A stretch of DNA of 64,000 nucleotides from Planctomycetaceae bacterium UBA7805 (lineage in GTDB: Bacteria; Planctomycetota; Planctomycetia; Pirellulales; UBA7805). This document shows, piece by piece, positions 38,033-47,937 of the stretch. The first letter of the stretch is position 1; each line of letters starts with the position of its first letter. The notes beneath the pieces were generated by a model. The model ran no database searches, was not told where the DNA came from, and worked only from the letters and a program-made list of their open reading frames with translations. The stretch is from contig DLCF01000082.1 of the NCBI GenBank assembly GCA_002480485.1, positions 5,330 to 69,329 of the forward strand, read 5' to 3'. The position numbers were made by a program, and so were the translations under genes.

Positions 38033-39007
38033 ATGCGCATCGTAATGTTGGGAACCGGTGCGTATGCGGTGCCCTTGCTCGCCGAATTGTATGCGTCGGC
38101 TCATGAAGTGGTCGGCGTATTTACACGTCCGGAGACAAAAAAAAACAAAAAGGGAATCATTTGCCCATCGCCGGTACGGGCACGGGCTGATCAGGAGGCT
38201 GCGAAAGTTTTTTCACCTCCTGACATTAATACGGTATCGTCGCATGCATTGCTTAGTAACTTACAGCCGGACCTTTTCATCGTTTGCGATTACGGGCAAA
38301 TTTTAAGTCCGGAAACATTATCGCTGGCGTCCTACGGAGGCTTGAATTTACACGCTTCGCTCTTACCAAAGTACCGCGGTGCGGCACCTATTCATTGGGC
38401 CATTTATCACGGTGAATCTCAGACTGGTAACACGGTTATTCAAATGAATGCAGGCGTTGACGCCGGACCGATTCTTGCCCAGCAGACTACACAGATTGGG
38501 TCGACTGAAACAACGGTGGATCTCGAATCACGTTTGGCAACTATGGGCAGCGTTCTTATTTTGGAAACGATGGAGCGGATGACACGAGGAACCCTGGATC
38601 CCATAACACAAAATCAAGGAGAAATGACGCGCGCCCCGAAATTACAGAAAAAAGATGGTCAGATAGATTGGACCCGCTCGGCGATTGAAATTTCTAATCA
38701 GATTAGAGCGATGACACCCTGGCCCAAAAGCTTCACCTACTACTGTGCCAACTCCGGACTACCGCTACGAATCATCGTTGATAATGCATCGGTCAGGCCC
38801 GTGAAATCACTGAGCGAACGCGATAACTCGGGGTATCCCGGGCGGGTGCTCATCGATGAACTGGATGATCTGTCTGTGCAAACGGGAGATGGTGTATTGG
38901 CGATAAACCGATTGCAACCCGCAGGTAAACGAATTCTCACTGCGGCAGAATTTCTTCGGGGATATCGAGTGAATGCCGGAAGCCGATTCGCAAATTCATC
39001 GGGATAA
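38033..39007 (+). CDS. fmt: Methionyl-tRNA formyltransferase
   Basis: MRIVMLGTG..., NLHASLLPKYRGAAPIHWAI (SLLP motif) and the C-terminal Fmt domain. It follows def. Confidence 0.9.
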   Translation: MRIVMLGTGAYAVPLLAELYASAHEVVGVFTRPETKKNKKGIICPSPVRARADQEAAKVFSPPDINTVSSHALLSNLQPDLFIVCDYGQILSPETLSLASYGGLNLHASLLPKYRGAAPIHWAIYHGESQTGNTVIQMNAGVDAGPILAQQTTQIGSTETTVDLESRLATMGSVLILETMERMTRGTLDPITQNQGEMTRAPKLQKKDGQIDWTRSAIEISNQIRAMTPWPKSFTYYCANSGLPLRIIVDNASVRPVKSLSERDNSGYPGRVLIDELDDLSVQTGDGVLAINRLQPAGKRILTAAEFLRGYRVNAGSRFANSSG

Positions 39008-39122
39008 TGTTCTGGTGCTCTAGCTAGCGGCGTGATTTTCAGGACTCAAGCTGCTTCCCCTCGCCAATCTCTGAGCAATCATGGTAGGATAAAAATAACT
39101 TTTTGACCGAAGGAATTTTTAA

Positions 39123-40556
39123 TTGACCAAGCAACTCTATATTGAAACGGTTGGCTGCCAGATGAACCTGCTGGACAGCGAGTTGGTGGTAGCCAGCTTG
39201 CGCAAACAGGGATATGCATTGGCGAAAAAAGCAAGTCGTGCCGATGTGATTCTATTTAACACCTGCAGTGTTCGTGAACACGCCGAAGAAAAAATTTATA
39301 GCGCTCTCGGACGACTGAAGCACATAAAGAGACAGCACCCGAAAAAGGTGATTGGGGTAATCGGGTGCATGGCACAAAATCACCAGAGCAAAGTATTTCA
39401 GCGAGCCCCCTTTGTTGATTTGGTCGTTGGTCCAGGCCAGCTCCACCAAATTCCAGATTTAATTCACCGCGTGATGGAGAATGGTGGCCCACAGTTGGAG
39501 GTGAGCCTAGACAGAAAGGGTGAACATCGGAGGACGGTAGAACAGAGCTTTGAAAGCTATGACCCACTCCGGATGCCTGAAATGCGACCATCGCGCTACC
39601 AGGCCTTTGTAAGGATTCAAATCGGCTGTGATAAATTCTGTACGTATTGTATCGTGCCCAAAGTGCGCGGACCGGAGCAAGGGAGAAATCCAGATGAAAT
39701 CCTTGCCGAAGCAAGGCAATTGGCAGACGAAGGTTGTCGGGAAATAGTGCTACTCGGCCAGACTGTGAATAGTTACCGGTATCAGGAGTCTGGAAAAACA
39801 ACCCGTTTGAGTGATCTACTTTATCGATTGAGTGACATTCAGGGAATCGATCGGCTTAAATTTGTGACAAACTATCCGCGTGATATGACGATTGATTTAT
39901 TACATGCGGTGCGCGATCTACCAAAATGTGCCCACTACCTGCATGTGCCTGCACAAAGTGGATCGAATCGAATGCTTCGACAGATGAAACGTGGTTATAC
40001 GGTGGAACAGTATCGCGAGATGCTCTCTAAGATACGGGAGCACATACCGACAGCGGCAGTTACGAGTGATTTTATTGTTGGATTCTGTGGCGAGACAGAA
40101 GATGATTTTGCCTTAACCTGTGATTTAGTTCGAGAGTCTCGATTCAAAAACAGCTTTATTTTTAAATACAGTGAGCGGCCTGGGACCAAAGGTGCAGACC
40201 GATATCCGGATGATATTTCGGATCCAGTAAAGAAAGACCGTAACAACACCCTTCTTGCAATTCAGAATGCAATTAGCGAAGAGATGAATCAACAAAAAAT
40301 CGGTCGAGAGTATGAAGTACTTGTTGAGGGACCAAGTAAATCGTCACGTAAGCAGGAACACCAGGGCAATCGTCTTCAGCTTACCGGTCGGACGATGACC
40401 GATGACATTGTTGTTTTTGACGGAAATCTTCGCCAGCAGGGTCAATTACTACCGATCACAATTTACGATGCGAATGCATTTACGCTGTTTGGTGAAGTAC
40501 GAATGGAACATGTGGGTCCTGAGGTCTATTCCTTGTCGCCTGAATTCACAAATTAG
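39123..40556 (+). CDS. miaB: tRNA-i6A37 methylthiotransferase
   Basis: YIETVGCQMN (UPF0004 domain), the radical-SAM motif GCDKFCTYC and a C-terminal TRAM domain. TTG start. Confidence 0.88.
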   Translation: MTKQLYIETVGCQMNLLDSELVVASLRKQGYALAKKASRADVILFNTCSVREHAEEKIYSALGRLKHIKRQHPKKVIGVIGCMAQNHQSKVFQRAPFVDLVVGPGQLHQIPDLIHRVMENGGPQLEVSLDRKGEHRRTVEQSFESYDPLRMPEMRPSRYQAFVRIQIGCDKFCTYCIVPKVRGPEQGRNPDEILAEARQLADEGCREIVLLGQTVNSYRYQESGKTTRLSDLLYRLSDIQGIDRLKFVTNYPRDMTIDLLHAVRDLPKCAHYLHVPAQSGSNRMLRQMKRGYTVEQYREMLSKIREHIPTAAVTSDFIVGFCGETEDDFALTCDLVRESRFKNSFIFKYSERPGTKGADRYPDDISDPVKKDRNNTLLAIQNAISEEMNQQKIGREYEVLVEGPSKSSRKQEHQGNRLQLTGRTMTDDIVVFDGNLRQQGQLLPITIYDANAFTLFGEVRMEHVGPEVYSLSPEFTN

Positions 40557-40562
40557 CGACTT

Positions 40563-43500
40563 ATGTTCCCAGAAATTTCTATCGAGCAATTGGTTGCCTG
40601 GGGTCTGCGTGATCCGCAACAAGCAAAGCAAGAACTCCAGATTTTGTCTGACTCGGGACTGACACCCTCTTTGGTGACCCAAATCCTTGGCCGTTTTTCG
40701 CAACTGCTGCCCCTCACCTCGGATCCGGATGATGTCTTGCGCGATTATGTCAACCTGATCCAAAAGCTGTCACCCAACGTCAGTTTTTCGGGTGAATCAG
40801 CAGCCAATGACGTATGTCTAAATTTAATCAACCTTTTTTCGATGAGTCAGCCGCTGCGAGTCAGTGTTCTGGAGGATCTGGATATTGTTCCCTTATTAGA
40901 ACATGTGCAAAATGCCAATTGCGATCTGAATGATATGTCCGCTTCGATCAGTGAAGCGATCCAGCAATTCGATAAAAATGACTCGGACCTCGTTGCGCGC
41001 CTTCACCGCTTAAAAAATCAGCGAATCACTCAAATCGGTTTCTTGGAATTGATTTTTTTTCCGTCTCTAGAAATCATTTCGGAAAAATTAACAACGGTTT
41101 GCGAATCGATTATTAGAGCAACCGTACAATTTCTGCTTCAGCGGCATGAGGATCGCTGGGGGAATCCCATAAGATCCGACGGACAAAAATGCCGTTTTGC
41201 GGTGCTGGCACTTAGTCAGTTAGGTGGTCGTGCACTTAGCTACTCCAATGACATCGAGCTGATATGTATCTACGACGAAGAGGGCAAGACCGATGGAGTC
41301 CGATCTAAGTCGAATCAGGTATTTTTCGAGTCTGTCGCAAAAGATTTAGAGAAAATTTTGGGAGGTTTAGTAGATGGCCAGGAAATTTATCGGGTCCATT
41401 ATCCAACTCCGTCGAGCAGCCCCGATAAGCCATTGGTTATGGCAGCCGATGAAGCGATTCGGCACTATGACCTCGTGGGACGCCCTTGGGAGCGACAATC
41501 GCTTGTGAGGGCTCATCCGGTGGCCGGTGATATCGCGTTGGGAAAACAATTTATTGACCGGTTATCAACTTGGATTTATCGACGGTATCTAAGCGTAGCT
41601 GAAATCACCGAGATCAAGGCTTTGAAGCGTCGACTTGAAAATTTGACGCAAAGATCTGGCGATGCAGCCTTTGATGTTATAGCGGGGCATGGCGGAATCC
41701 GAGATGTAGAATTTGTAATTCAGTTCTTGCAACTCTTGAACGGAGCCGATTTACCTGAGGTCCGTAGTTCAAATACCCTTGAGGCGATGGAAAGCCTAAC
41801 GCAAGCTGGATTTCTGAATCACCAAGAGCAAACGATACTCTCGAAAAATTATCGGTTTTTAAAAAATATTGAACACCGTCTGCAGCTAAGCTACGGTACT
41901 CAGACACAATGTTTACCTCGAAGCTCAATCGAACGCGGTAATTTTATCGCACAGCATGCACCTCATTTTTTGACTTTTGATAATCAGGAATCGTCTAAGG
42001 AAGATTCTTTTGAAGCGTCATATGAAAAATGTACCGCGGAAAATCGAGGGGTTCTTAATCACCTCCTCCACGATGCTTTTGTTGATGATCGACCTCTTGA
42101 TTCCGAGGTTGATTTGGTGTTCGATCCTAATCCAGACCAGAATCGCATCGAACAGATACTCGCTCCCTACGGTTTTAAAGATACGTCACTTGCCTACCGC
42201 AATTTAATGCGACTTGCGCGAGAGGAAGTCCCTTTTTTATCAACTCCCCGGTGCCGTTATTTTCTTGCCGCTATCGTGCAAGATTTGCTCAAAGAGTTGT
42301 GTCGATTTCCTGATCCGGATACCACTTTATTCAATCTATGCCGCACCACAGCCTCGCTGGGTGCAAAGGGGGTGCTTTGGGAGCTATTCAGCTTTCATCG
42401 TCCCACGCTTTCGCTCTATACCAGTATGTGTGCGACTAGCCCTTATTTGTCAAATATATTGATTCGCAATCCAGGCATGATTGATGAGTTGATGGACGGG
42501 CTGATGCTTGAAAAAATTCCGGAATTTCATCAACAGGAAGCCGAACTGACGGACCTGTGTAAGGGAGCTGAAGACATCGACCCGATTGTGCACAGCTTTC
42601 ATCATGCCCAAACACTTCGCGTTGGTGTGCGTGATATTGTCGGCCGCGAGGGGATCGAAGCCACCCGCGGTGCACTTTCTGACATTGCCGAAACATGTCT
42701 CCGTGAATGGGCCCGGTTCGAGTACGCAGAACTTGTGAAGCGACTCGGCGAACCCGTGATATCAGTTGGCCCAAGAGCGGGACACATTGCGGAGTTTATC
42801 ATTGTGGCGCTGGGAAGCTTTGCGGGCCGGGAACTATCTTATAATGATAATTTAGATCTGTTATTTCTTTACGAGGCAGATGGCGGCACCCAACATCGTC
42901 GGAGTGAACGTAAAAAGGAACAGGTCACATCGAACCAACACTTTTTCAGTGAGTTGGCCCAACGGATTCTCAAGCGCGCTGCAGAACGGGGACCGCTCGG
43001 CCGAATGTATGTGATAGATACACCAGTGCCGCGCGAAAATCAGGGTGGTCCGCTCGCCAAGTCGCTGAATTGGTTGGAGAGTTATTTTCAGGGCGAGGGT
43101 GTTTTACTCGAGACGCGGCTGCTACTTTTTCGTTCGCGGGTTGTGCTGGGTAATGAGTTGATTGGGCAAAAAGTGATGCACTTATTGCATGACTTGGCCT
43201 TCCGATCTGATCGGCATTCAATCAAAGGTGAAGGCGATCACTTGCATGCGATTCGTGCAGACGAATTTAGCCGCGTTCCTGCTGACGATTTTTATTTAGG
43301 AAGCGGTGGAGTTAGAGACATCGAATTGATTGTAAAGCTGCTGCAAATCTATCACGCTTCAAAAGAGCGATCGATCCGGCAGCCCAACATCGGGGCCGCC
43401 CTCTTAGCACTGCAGGAAGCCAATCTGCTTAACGACGAGGAGTACCGGATTCTGATAAGTAGCTATCGTTTATTCAGCATGCTCGAGTCACGCATGCACT

Positions 43501-43691
43501 GGACAGAGCAAAATTCATGCAACCAACTTCCTGGTGGGGATCTGCTAGAAAAATTAGCAATCCAACTGTCTTTCAGCAATGGCGAGGAACTTGCCCGTGC
43601 GGTCGCCGAAGCTCGGATTCAGGCGGCTGTGGTCACGGATAAAATTTTTATTTCTTCGCTGACGGAAATCGGGCTGCCTATCCGTCAATAG
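40563..43691 (+). CDS. glnE: Bifunctional glutamine synthetase adenylyltransferase / adenylyl-removing enzyme
   Basis: 1042 aa ORF with two nucleotidyltransferase modules: GGRALSYSNDIELICIYDEEG and GSFAGRELSYNDNLDLLFLYEADG. Confidence 0.85.
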   Translation: MFPEISIEQLVAWGLRDPQQAKQELQILSDSGLTPSLVTQILGRFSQLLPLTSDPDDVLRDYVNLIQKLSPNVSFSGESAANDVCLNLINLFSMSQPLRVSVLEDLDIVPLLEHVQNANCDLNDMSASISEAIQQFDKNDSDLVARLHRLKNQRITQIGFLELIFFPSLEIISEKLTTVCESIIRATVQFLLQRHEDRWGNPIRSDGQKCRFAVLALSQLGGRALSYSNDIELICIYDEEGKTDGVRSKSNQVFFESVAKDLEKILGGLVDGQEIYRVHYPTPSSSPDKPLVMAADEAIRHYDLVGRPWERQSLVRAHPVAGDIALGKQFIDRLSTWIYRRYLSVAEITEIKALKRRLENLTQRSGDAAFDVIAGHGGIRDVEFVIQFLQLLNGADLPEVRSSNTLEAMESLTQAGFLNHQEQTILSKNYRFLKNIEHRLQLSYGTQTQCLPRSSIERGNFIAQHAPHFLTFDNQESSKEDSFEASYEKCTAENRGVLNHLLHDAFVDDRPLDSEVDLVFDPNPDQNRIEQILAPYGFKDTSLAYRNLMRLAREEVPFLSTPRCRYFLAAIVQDLLKELCRFPDPDTTLFNLCRTTASLGAKGVLWELFSFHRPTLSLYTSMCATSPYLSNILIRNPGMIDELMDGLMLEKIPEFHQQEAELTDLCKGAEDIDPIVHSFHHAQTLRVGVRDIVGREGIEATRGALSDIAETCLREWARFEYAELVKRLGEPVISVGPRAGHIAEFIIVALGSFAGRELSYNDNLDLLFLYEADGGTQHRRSERKKEQVTSNQHFFSELAQRILKRAAERGPLGRMYVIDTPVPRENQGGPLAKSLNWLESYFQGEGVLLETRLLLFRSRVVLGNELIGQKVMHLLHDLAFRSDRHSIKGEGDHLHAIRADEFSRVPADDFYLGSGGVRDIELIVKLLQIYHASKERSIRQPNIGAALLALQEANLLNDEEYRILISSYRLFSMLESRMHWTEQNSCNQLPGGDLLEKLAIQLSFSNGEELARAVAEARIQAAVVTDKIFISSLTEIGLPIRQ

Positions 43692-43722
43692 AAACGGCGT
43701 TCACCAATGTGAACGCCGTTTC
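43691..43722. terminator. Bidirectional intrinsic terminator between convergent glnE and nrdJ
   Basis: Perfect 14-bp stem GAAACGGCGTTCAC - caat - GTGAACGCCGTTTC, followed by GTATTTCTT. Confidence 0.7.
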
Positions 43723-43750
43723 GTATTTCTTACCTCATGGCAAGTTGCCG

Positions 43751-46744
43751 TTAGGAGCAACCCATACTGTTGCCACAATTATGACAAAGATGGCAATTTC
43801 CGTTTCGAACGGTTATGGATCCACAGTTATCACAACTTGGAGCATCAAGCTCAAAGCTTGTAAATTGCTTCTTTAAAGCTGCTGTCGCATCCAATTCGAG
43901 GGGTTTGAACTGATCCTCAGAGATACGAGAGGAATGGCTGTGATGTCCGTTTGTGTGGGTATGCCCATTACCATTGGTATGCGACGGGTTGAGGGCGGAG
44001 TGCTTGGTCTTTTCTTTCACTCCCTGATTTTGTTCTTGCCCGTCACCCTTCCTGGTGACGGGCGAGGTAGCCGTTTCCTCATCCCCCGCCTTCTCAGAGG
44101 AAGCGTTTTTGGGAGGAATACCAAGATTCAATTCGCGAAAACCGGGGATAAACTGACAACCCATCCAGCGGAAGATATAGTCGACTAGGCTCTTGGCGTA
44201 CCTGATATCTGGATTTTTCGTGAAGCCCATGGGGTCAAATCGGGTGTGTGAAAACTTATTGACCAACACCTCCATAGGCACTCCGTATTGAAGACTCATG
44301 GAGACCGCTGTCCCGAAGGAGTCCATCAGCCCACCAATGGTACTTCCCTCTTTTGCCATCGTGATAAAGACCTCGCCAGGTCGTCCATCTTCATATAGAC
44401 CCACATTCAAATAACCCTCATGTCCGTCGACACTGAATTTGTGAGTTACTGATTGTCGGGTGTCGGGCAACCGCTCCCGTCTAGGTTTCGTTACCTGTTT
44501 CTTTTCGGCTTTGTCACCCTCCGTAGCCGTTGAAAGCGGCTGACTCTGTTTTGAGCCGTCTCGATAGATGGCGAGGGCTTTTAGTCCCAGACGCCAACCC
44601 CAGGTGTATGCTTCAGCCACATCGTCAACGGAGGTTGTCGCTGGCATGTTTACCGTCTTTGAGATCGCTCCCGAGAGGAAGGGCTGTGCGGCAGCCATCA
44701 TCTTCACATGAGCTTTCCAGTCAATTGATCGACCACCACCAGAGGGTTCAAATGCACAGTCGAAGACAGGAAGATCCTTGTCTTTAATCTCCGGAGCCCC
44801 CTCAAGCTTGTCGTTTGCATCAATATATGCCGTGATTGACTCAATCTGCGGCTGATCATAACCAAGTTTTTCCAATGACTGAGGAACCGACTTATTCAGG
44901 ATCTTCAGCATTCCACCGCCCGCCAGTTGCTTATATTTCACCAGGGCAATGTCGGGCTCGATACCTGTTGTATCGCAATCCATAAGGAAACTGATTGTTC
45001 CAGTCGGCGCCAGTACGGTTGCCTGTGCGTTTCGGAAACCGTGCTTCGTTCCATCGTGAATTACGTCTTCCCACACGCTACGTGCCGCAGTTTGCAAGGT
45101 ATCAGGACAGGCCGGATTAATCTGGTCGACCGCCTCCTTGTGCATTTGCATGACCCGCAACATTTCCTCGCGATTGGATTCAAATCCTTCAAACGCTCCG
45201 ACCGCTGAAGCCAACTCGGCACTTGTCCGGTTTGCTGCTCCATGGAGTAGTGCAGTGATGGCACCACAAATCCCGTAGCCGGCATCCGAGTCGTATGCAT
45301 GGCCCGAGGTCATTAGCAGACTTCCTAGGTTCGAATAGCCCAACCCCAGTGGACGGTAGCGGTGACTATTTGCCGCAATTACTGCAGTCGGATAGCTAGC
45401 GTGATCCACAAGAATTTCCTGAGCGACGAAGAAAATGCGACACGCTTGGGTGAATCGATCGGCGTCGAAGGATCCATCTGGCTTGCACATTTTCATCAGA
45501 TTAATACTAGCAAGGTTGCACGCCGTATCGTCGAGGAACATATACTCGCTGCAGGGATTGCTTGCATTAATGCGACCCGAATTAGGGCAGGTATGCCAGC
45601 GATTAATAGTGGTATCGTACTGCACTCCCGGATCACCGCACTTCCAAGCCATCTCAGACATCTTCTGCATGATTTCTCTGGCCTGGTAGGTCGGACCATG
45701 TTTCTGGGAATCAGTCACCCAACGCGTTTTCCATTCCCCATCTTCCACAACCGCATTCATAAAATCATCGGTGACTCGAACCGAGAGATTCGCATTTTGA
45801 AACATGATTGAGCTGTACGCTTCACCATTGAAATTTGATTCGTAGCCACCCTTCTCGATTAAGCAATGCGCTTTTGCTTCCTCTTTAGCCTTACACTCAA
45901 TGAAATCCATAATGTCTGGGTGCCAAACTTTGAGCGACTGCATCTTGGCAGCTCTCCGGGTTTTACCGCCACTCTTGACCACGCCGGCGATCTGGTCATA
46001 TACCCGCATGAACGACAGCGGGCCGGAGGGCCGTCCGCCACCGGCTAGTTTTTCCCGATGAGAGCGGAGTGTCGAAAGATCAGTCCCGGTACCGCTGCCG
46101 AATTTGAAAAGCATAGCCTCACTGGTGGCTAGCGCCATGATGGCTTCCATGTTGTCTGTAACGCTTTGGATGAAGCATGCCGAACCTTGAGGGTATTTGT
46201 AAGGATTGTCAGGCTGTCGCACACTGCTCGACTCGGCATCCCAATGCCAGTTGCACTGAGCACCGGTGACTCCGTATTGGTGGTACAGACCCACGTTGAA
46301 CCAAACCGGCGAGTTGAACGCTCCGTGTTGGTGCAGGCAAAGCCAAGATAGTTCACGATAAAACTGTTCACCATCTTCAGGAGAGGCGAAATATCCGTCT
46401 TGCAGACCCCAATCCGTTATCGTTCGGCTAACACGGTGGATCAATTGCCGAACGCTATTCTCTCGCTCGGTTGTGCCGACCTCACCATAAAAATACTTAC
46501 TAACCACAATGTTTGTGGCCAACTGACTCCAGTCAGCAGGAATCTCGCAGTTGTCCTGCTCAAAGAGCAATTCCCCGCCTTCACCCTTGATCTCTGCACT
46601 ACGTTTTTCCCATTCAACGGTGTCGAAAGGATCGGCAGCATCGACCGGACAGAAGTAAGGTTGAAAAGAAAGTCCGTTCGTCGTTTCCGGGGTTTTTGAA
46701 TCCATCAGATTTTTTGCGGAAACGTCCACGTCGACAGTAGCCAT
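43751..46744 (-). CDS. nrdJ: Class II (adenosylcobalamin-dependent) ribonucleotide reductase
   Basis: 997 aa ORF. It has RNR core motifs (NPCSEYMFLDDTACNLASINL, the active-site Cys/Asn/Glu region) and a monomeric-type long form. The C-terminal Cys cluster is CDNCGS...CHLCHNCG. Confidence 0.88.
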   Translation of the reverse strand: MATVDVDVSAKNLMDSKTPETTNGLSFQPYFCPVDAADPFDTVEWEKRSAEIKGEGGELLFEQDNCEIPADWSQLATNIVVSKYFYGEVGTTERENSVRQLIHRVSRTITDWGLQDGYFASPEDGEQFYRELSWLCLHQHGAFNSPVWFNVGLYHQYGVTGAQCNWHWDAESSSVRQPDNPYKYPQGSACFIQSVTDNMEAIMALATSEAMLFKFGSGTGTDLSTLRSHREKLAGGGRPSGPLSFMRVYDQIAGVVKSGGKTRRAAKMQSLKVWHPDIMDFIECKAKEEAKAHCLIEKGGYESNFNGEAYSSIMFQNANLSVRVTDDFMNAVVEDGEWKTRWVTDSQKHGPTYQAREIMQKMSEMAWKCGDPGVQYDTTINRWHTCPNSGRINASNPCSEYMFLDDTACNLASINLMKMCKPDGSFDADRFTQACRIFFVAQEILVDHASYPTAVIAANSHRYRPLGLGYSNLGSLLMTSGHAYDSDAGYGICGAITALLHGAANRTSAELASAVGAFEGFESNREEMLRVMQMHKEAVDQINPACPDTLQTAARSVWEDVIHDGTKHGFRNAQATVLAPTGTISFLMDCDTTGIEPDIALVKYKQLAGGGMLKILNKSVPQSLEKLGYDQPQIESITAYIDANDKLEGAPEIKDKDLPVFDCAFEPSGGGRSIDWKAHVKMMAAAQPFLSGAISKTVNMPATTSVDDVAEAYTWGWRLGLKALAIYRDGSKQSQPLSTATEGDKAEKKQVTKPRRERLPDTRQSVTHKFSVDGHEGYLNVGLYEDGRPGEVFITMAKEGSTIGGLMDSFGTAVSMSLQYGVPMEVLVNKFSHTRFDPMGFTKNPDIRYAKSLVDYIFRWMGCQFIPGFRELNLGIPPKNASSEKAGDEETATSPVTRKGDGQEQNQGVKEKTKHSALNPSHTNGNGHTHTNGHHSHSSRISEDQFKPLELDATAALKKQFTSFELDAPSCDNCGSITVRNGNCHLCHNCGNSMGCS

Positions 46745-46901
46745 CGCGCGAATCCTTTCGGGCTAGAGGTGCGGGGCATCCATTCCAAGTTAACTATACA
46801 AAAATACACTTATTTCGCGTTCGCTGGGCCCTGATGGCCCTGCCGGAGATCGTTCTCTCGGGGGTCTAACAGTCTTAACCCCCCCGTAAGAGTTAAACAA
46901 T

Positions 46902-46917
46902 CACCAATATATTGTAG
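46902..46917 (-). promoter_or_regulatory. NrdR-box-like palindrome 1 upstream of nrdJ
   Basis: CACCAATATATTGTAG is an imperfect 16-bp palindrome resembling the NrdR consensus acaCwAtATaTwGtgt. It lies about 160 nt upstream of the nrdJ ATG. Confidence 0.6.
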
Positions 46918-46934
46918 TTGACACCCTTTGAACT

Positions 46935-46949
46935 ACAACATCGTGTTGT
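46935..46949 (-). promoter_or_regulatory. NrdR-box-like palindrome 2 upstream of nrdJ
   Basis: ACAACATCGTGTTGT is palindromic. Its centre lies about 32-33 bp from the centre of box 1, the spacing typical of tandem NrdR boxes. Confidence 0.55.
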
Positions 46950-47079
46950 GAGGGCGTGATTGTAGAGCCTTTTTAAGGTCCGTCAATCGTTATTTGCTAA
47001 ATTCTATAAATCATTGATATTAAATGACTTATAGAAATCATCCCTCGCAAGCTCTGCCAGCATAACCGAGCGAATCGGT

Positions 47080-47100
47080 ACCTGCAATCGCAGGTTTTTT
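47080..47100 (+). terminator. Orphan intrinsic-terminator-like hairpin in the nrdJ/rplU gap
   Basis: ACCTGC-aatc-GCAGGT followed by TTTTT, then a further T-rich tract. No plus-strand CDS lies upstream. Confidence 0.4.
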
Positions 47101-47448
47101 CCGAGGTTTTTGTTTTTTACGATGATTTTCCCGGTTAATGTCGGGAAAAATTTGTGAAGAAAAAGTTTATAAAATTTTAAATCTTCTGTAACGATTCTAA
47201 CAGCTGCGGATGGCGGAACACGTCCGGGCTGCGGTTGAAATTTGTCTACAAAGTCGCATCGGGGCGATAGGCCACGACTGTGTTTGCTAGAAGAGCTAGA
47301 AATGCGACAAAACAGAGAAAAATTAGTGCAGGAATGAGCAGCGTTCGCTGCAATCGGTCGAAGCAATCAGACACATTTTCGGGGCTTTGGTGACTCAGCA
47401 ATCGAGTAGATGTAAATCGGCTGAGATAAATCCGCCCATACCGGTGAT

Positions 47449-47760
47449 TTAGACCGAAATCTTGTCGATTCGGATTTCGGTGTAAAGCTGCCGATGCCCG
47501 GTTTTTCTGCGGGAATTCTTACGCCGCCGTAGCTTTTGCACGACCAGTTTTGGCCCTTGGACGACGCCGATAACTTCCGCCTCTACCGTGGCTCCGGCCA
47601 CGGTGGGCGTTCCCACCTCAACCCCATTCTCACTGCTAACGCAAAGCACACGATCAAAGGTCACGCGGTCGCCCGCGTGATTATCCCGATAATCGATCGC
47701 TACCTGCTGACCTTCTTGCACTTTGAATTGTTTTCCACTGTCGGCGATGATTGCGTACAT
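47449..47760 (-). CDS. rplU: 50S ribosomal protein L21
   Basis: MYAIIADSGKQFKVQEGQQV...KLRRRKNSRRKTGHRQ. The start is refined to the ATG at 47758-47760. Confidence 0.9.
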   Translation of the reverse strand: MYAIIADSGKQFKVQEGQQVAIDYRDNHAGDRVTFDRVLCVSSENGVEVGTPTVAGATVEAEVIGVVQGPKLVVQKLRRRKNSRRKTGHRQLYTEIRIDKISV

Positions 47761-47937
47761 CAAAAAACTTCCTTTCAACGGTCAGCAGATTGGCATAACC
47801 ACGGCAAAAAGAGCATCATTTAAAAACTTGATAGCCTTCCAGCGTAACCGCTGTGCCGTGCCACGTCGAGCAGGCCCACTGATTTTTTCGGCTAATTTAG
47901 CCCTTTTATCCTCGAACCACCACTTTAGGACCGGGCC

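Noticed and set aside
46745-46900. A possible cobalamin riboswitch or other structured leader in the nrdJ 5' UTR. The hairpins are GGGGGTTAAGACTGTTAGACCCCC and GGGCCATCAGGGCCC.
   Set aside because: I could not find a B12-box-like core, and class II RNR genes are not usual targets of cobalamin riboswitches. Only generic hairpins are visible. An Rfam scan would settle it.
47004-47366. A 120 aa minus-strand ORF downstream of rplU, in the position where rpmA (L27) might be expected.
   Set aside because: The translation (MLRPIAANAAHSCTNFSLFCRISSSSSKHSRGLSPRC...) has no L27 motif and looks compositionally random. The region is AT-rich and rich in hairpins, so I treat it as non-coding.
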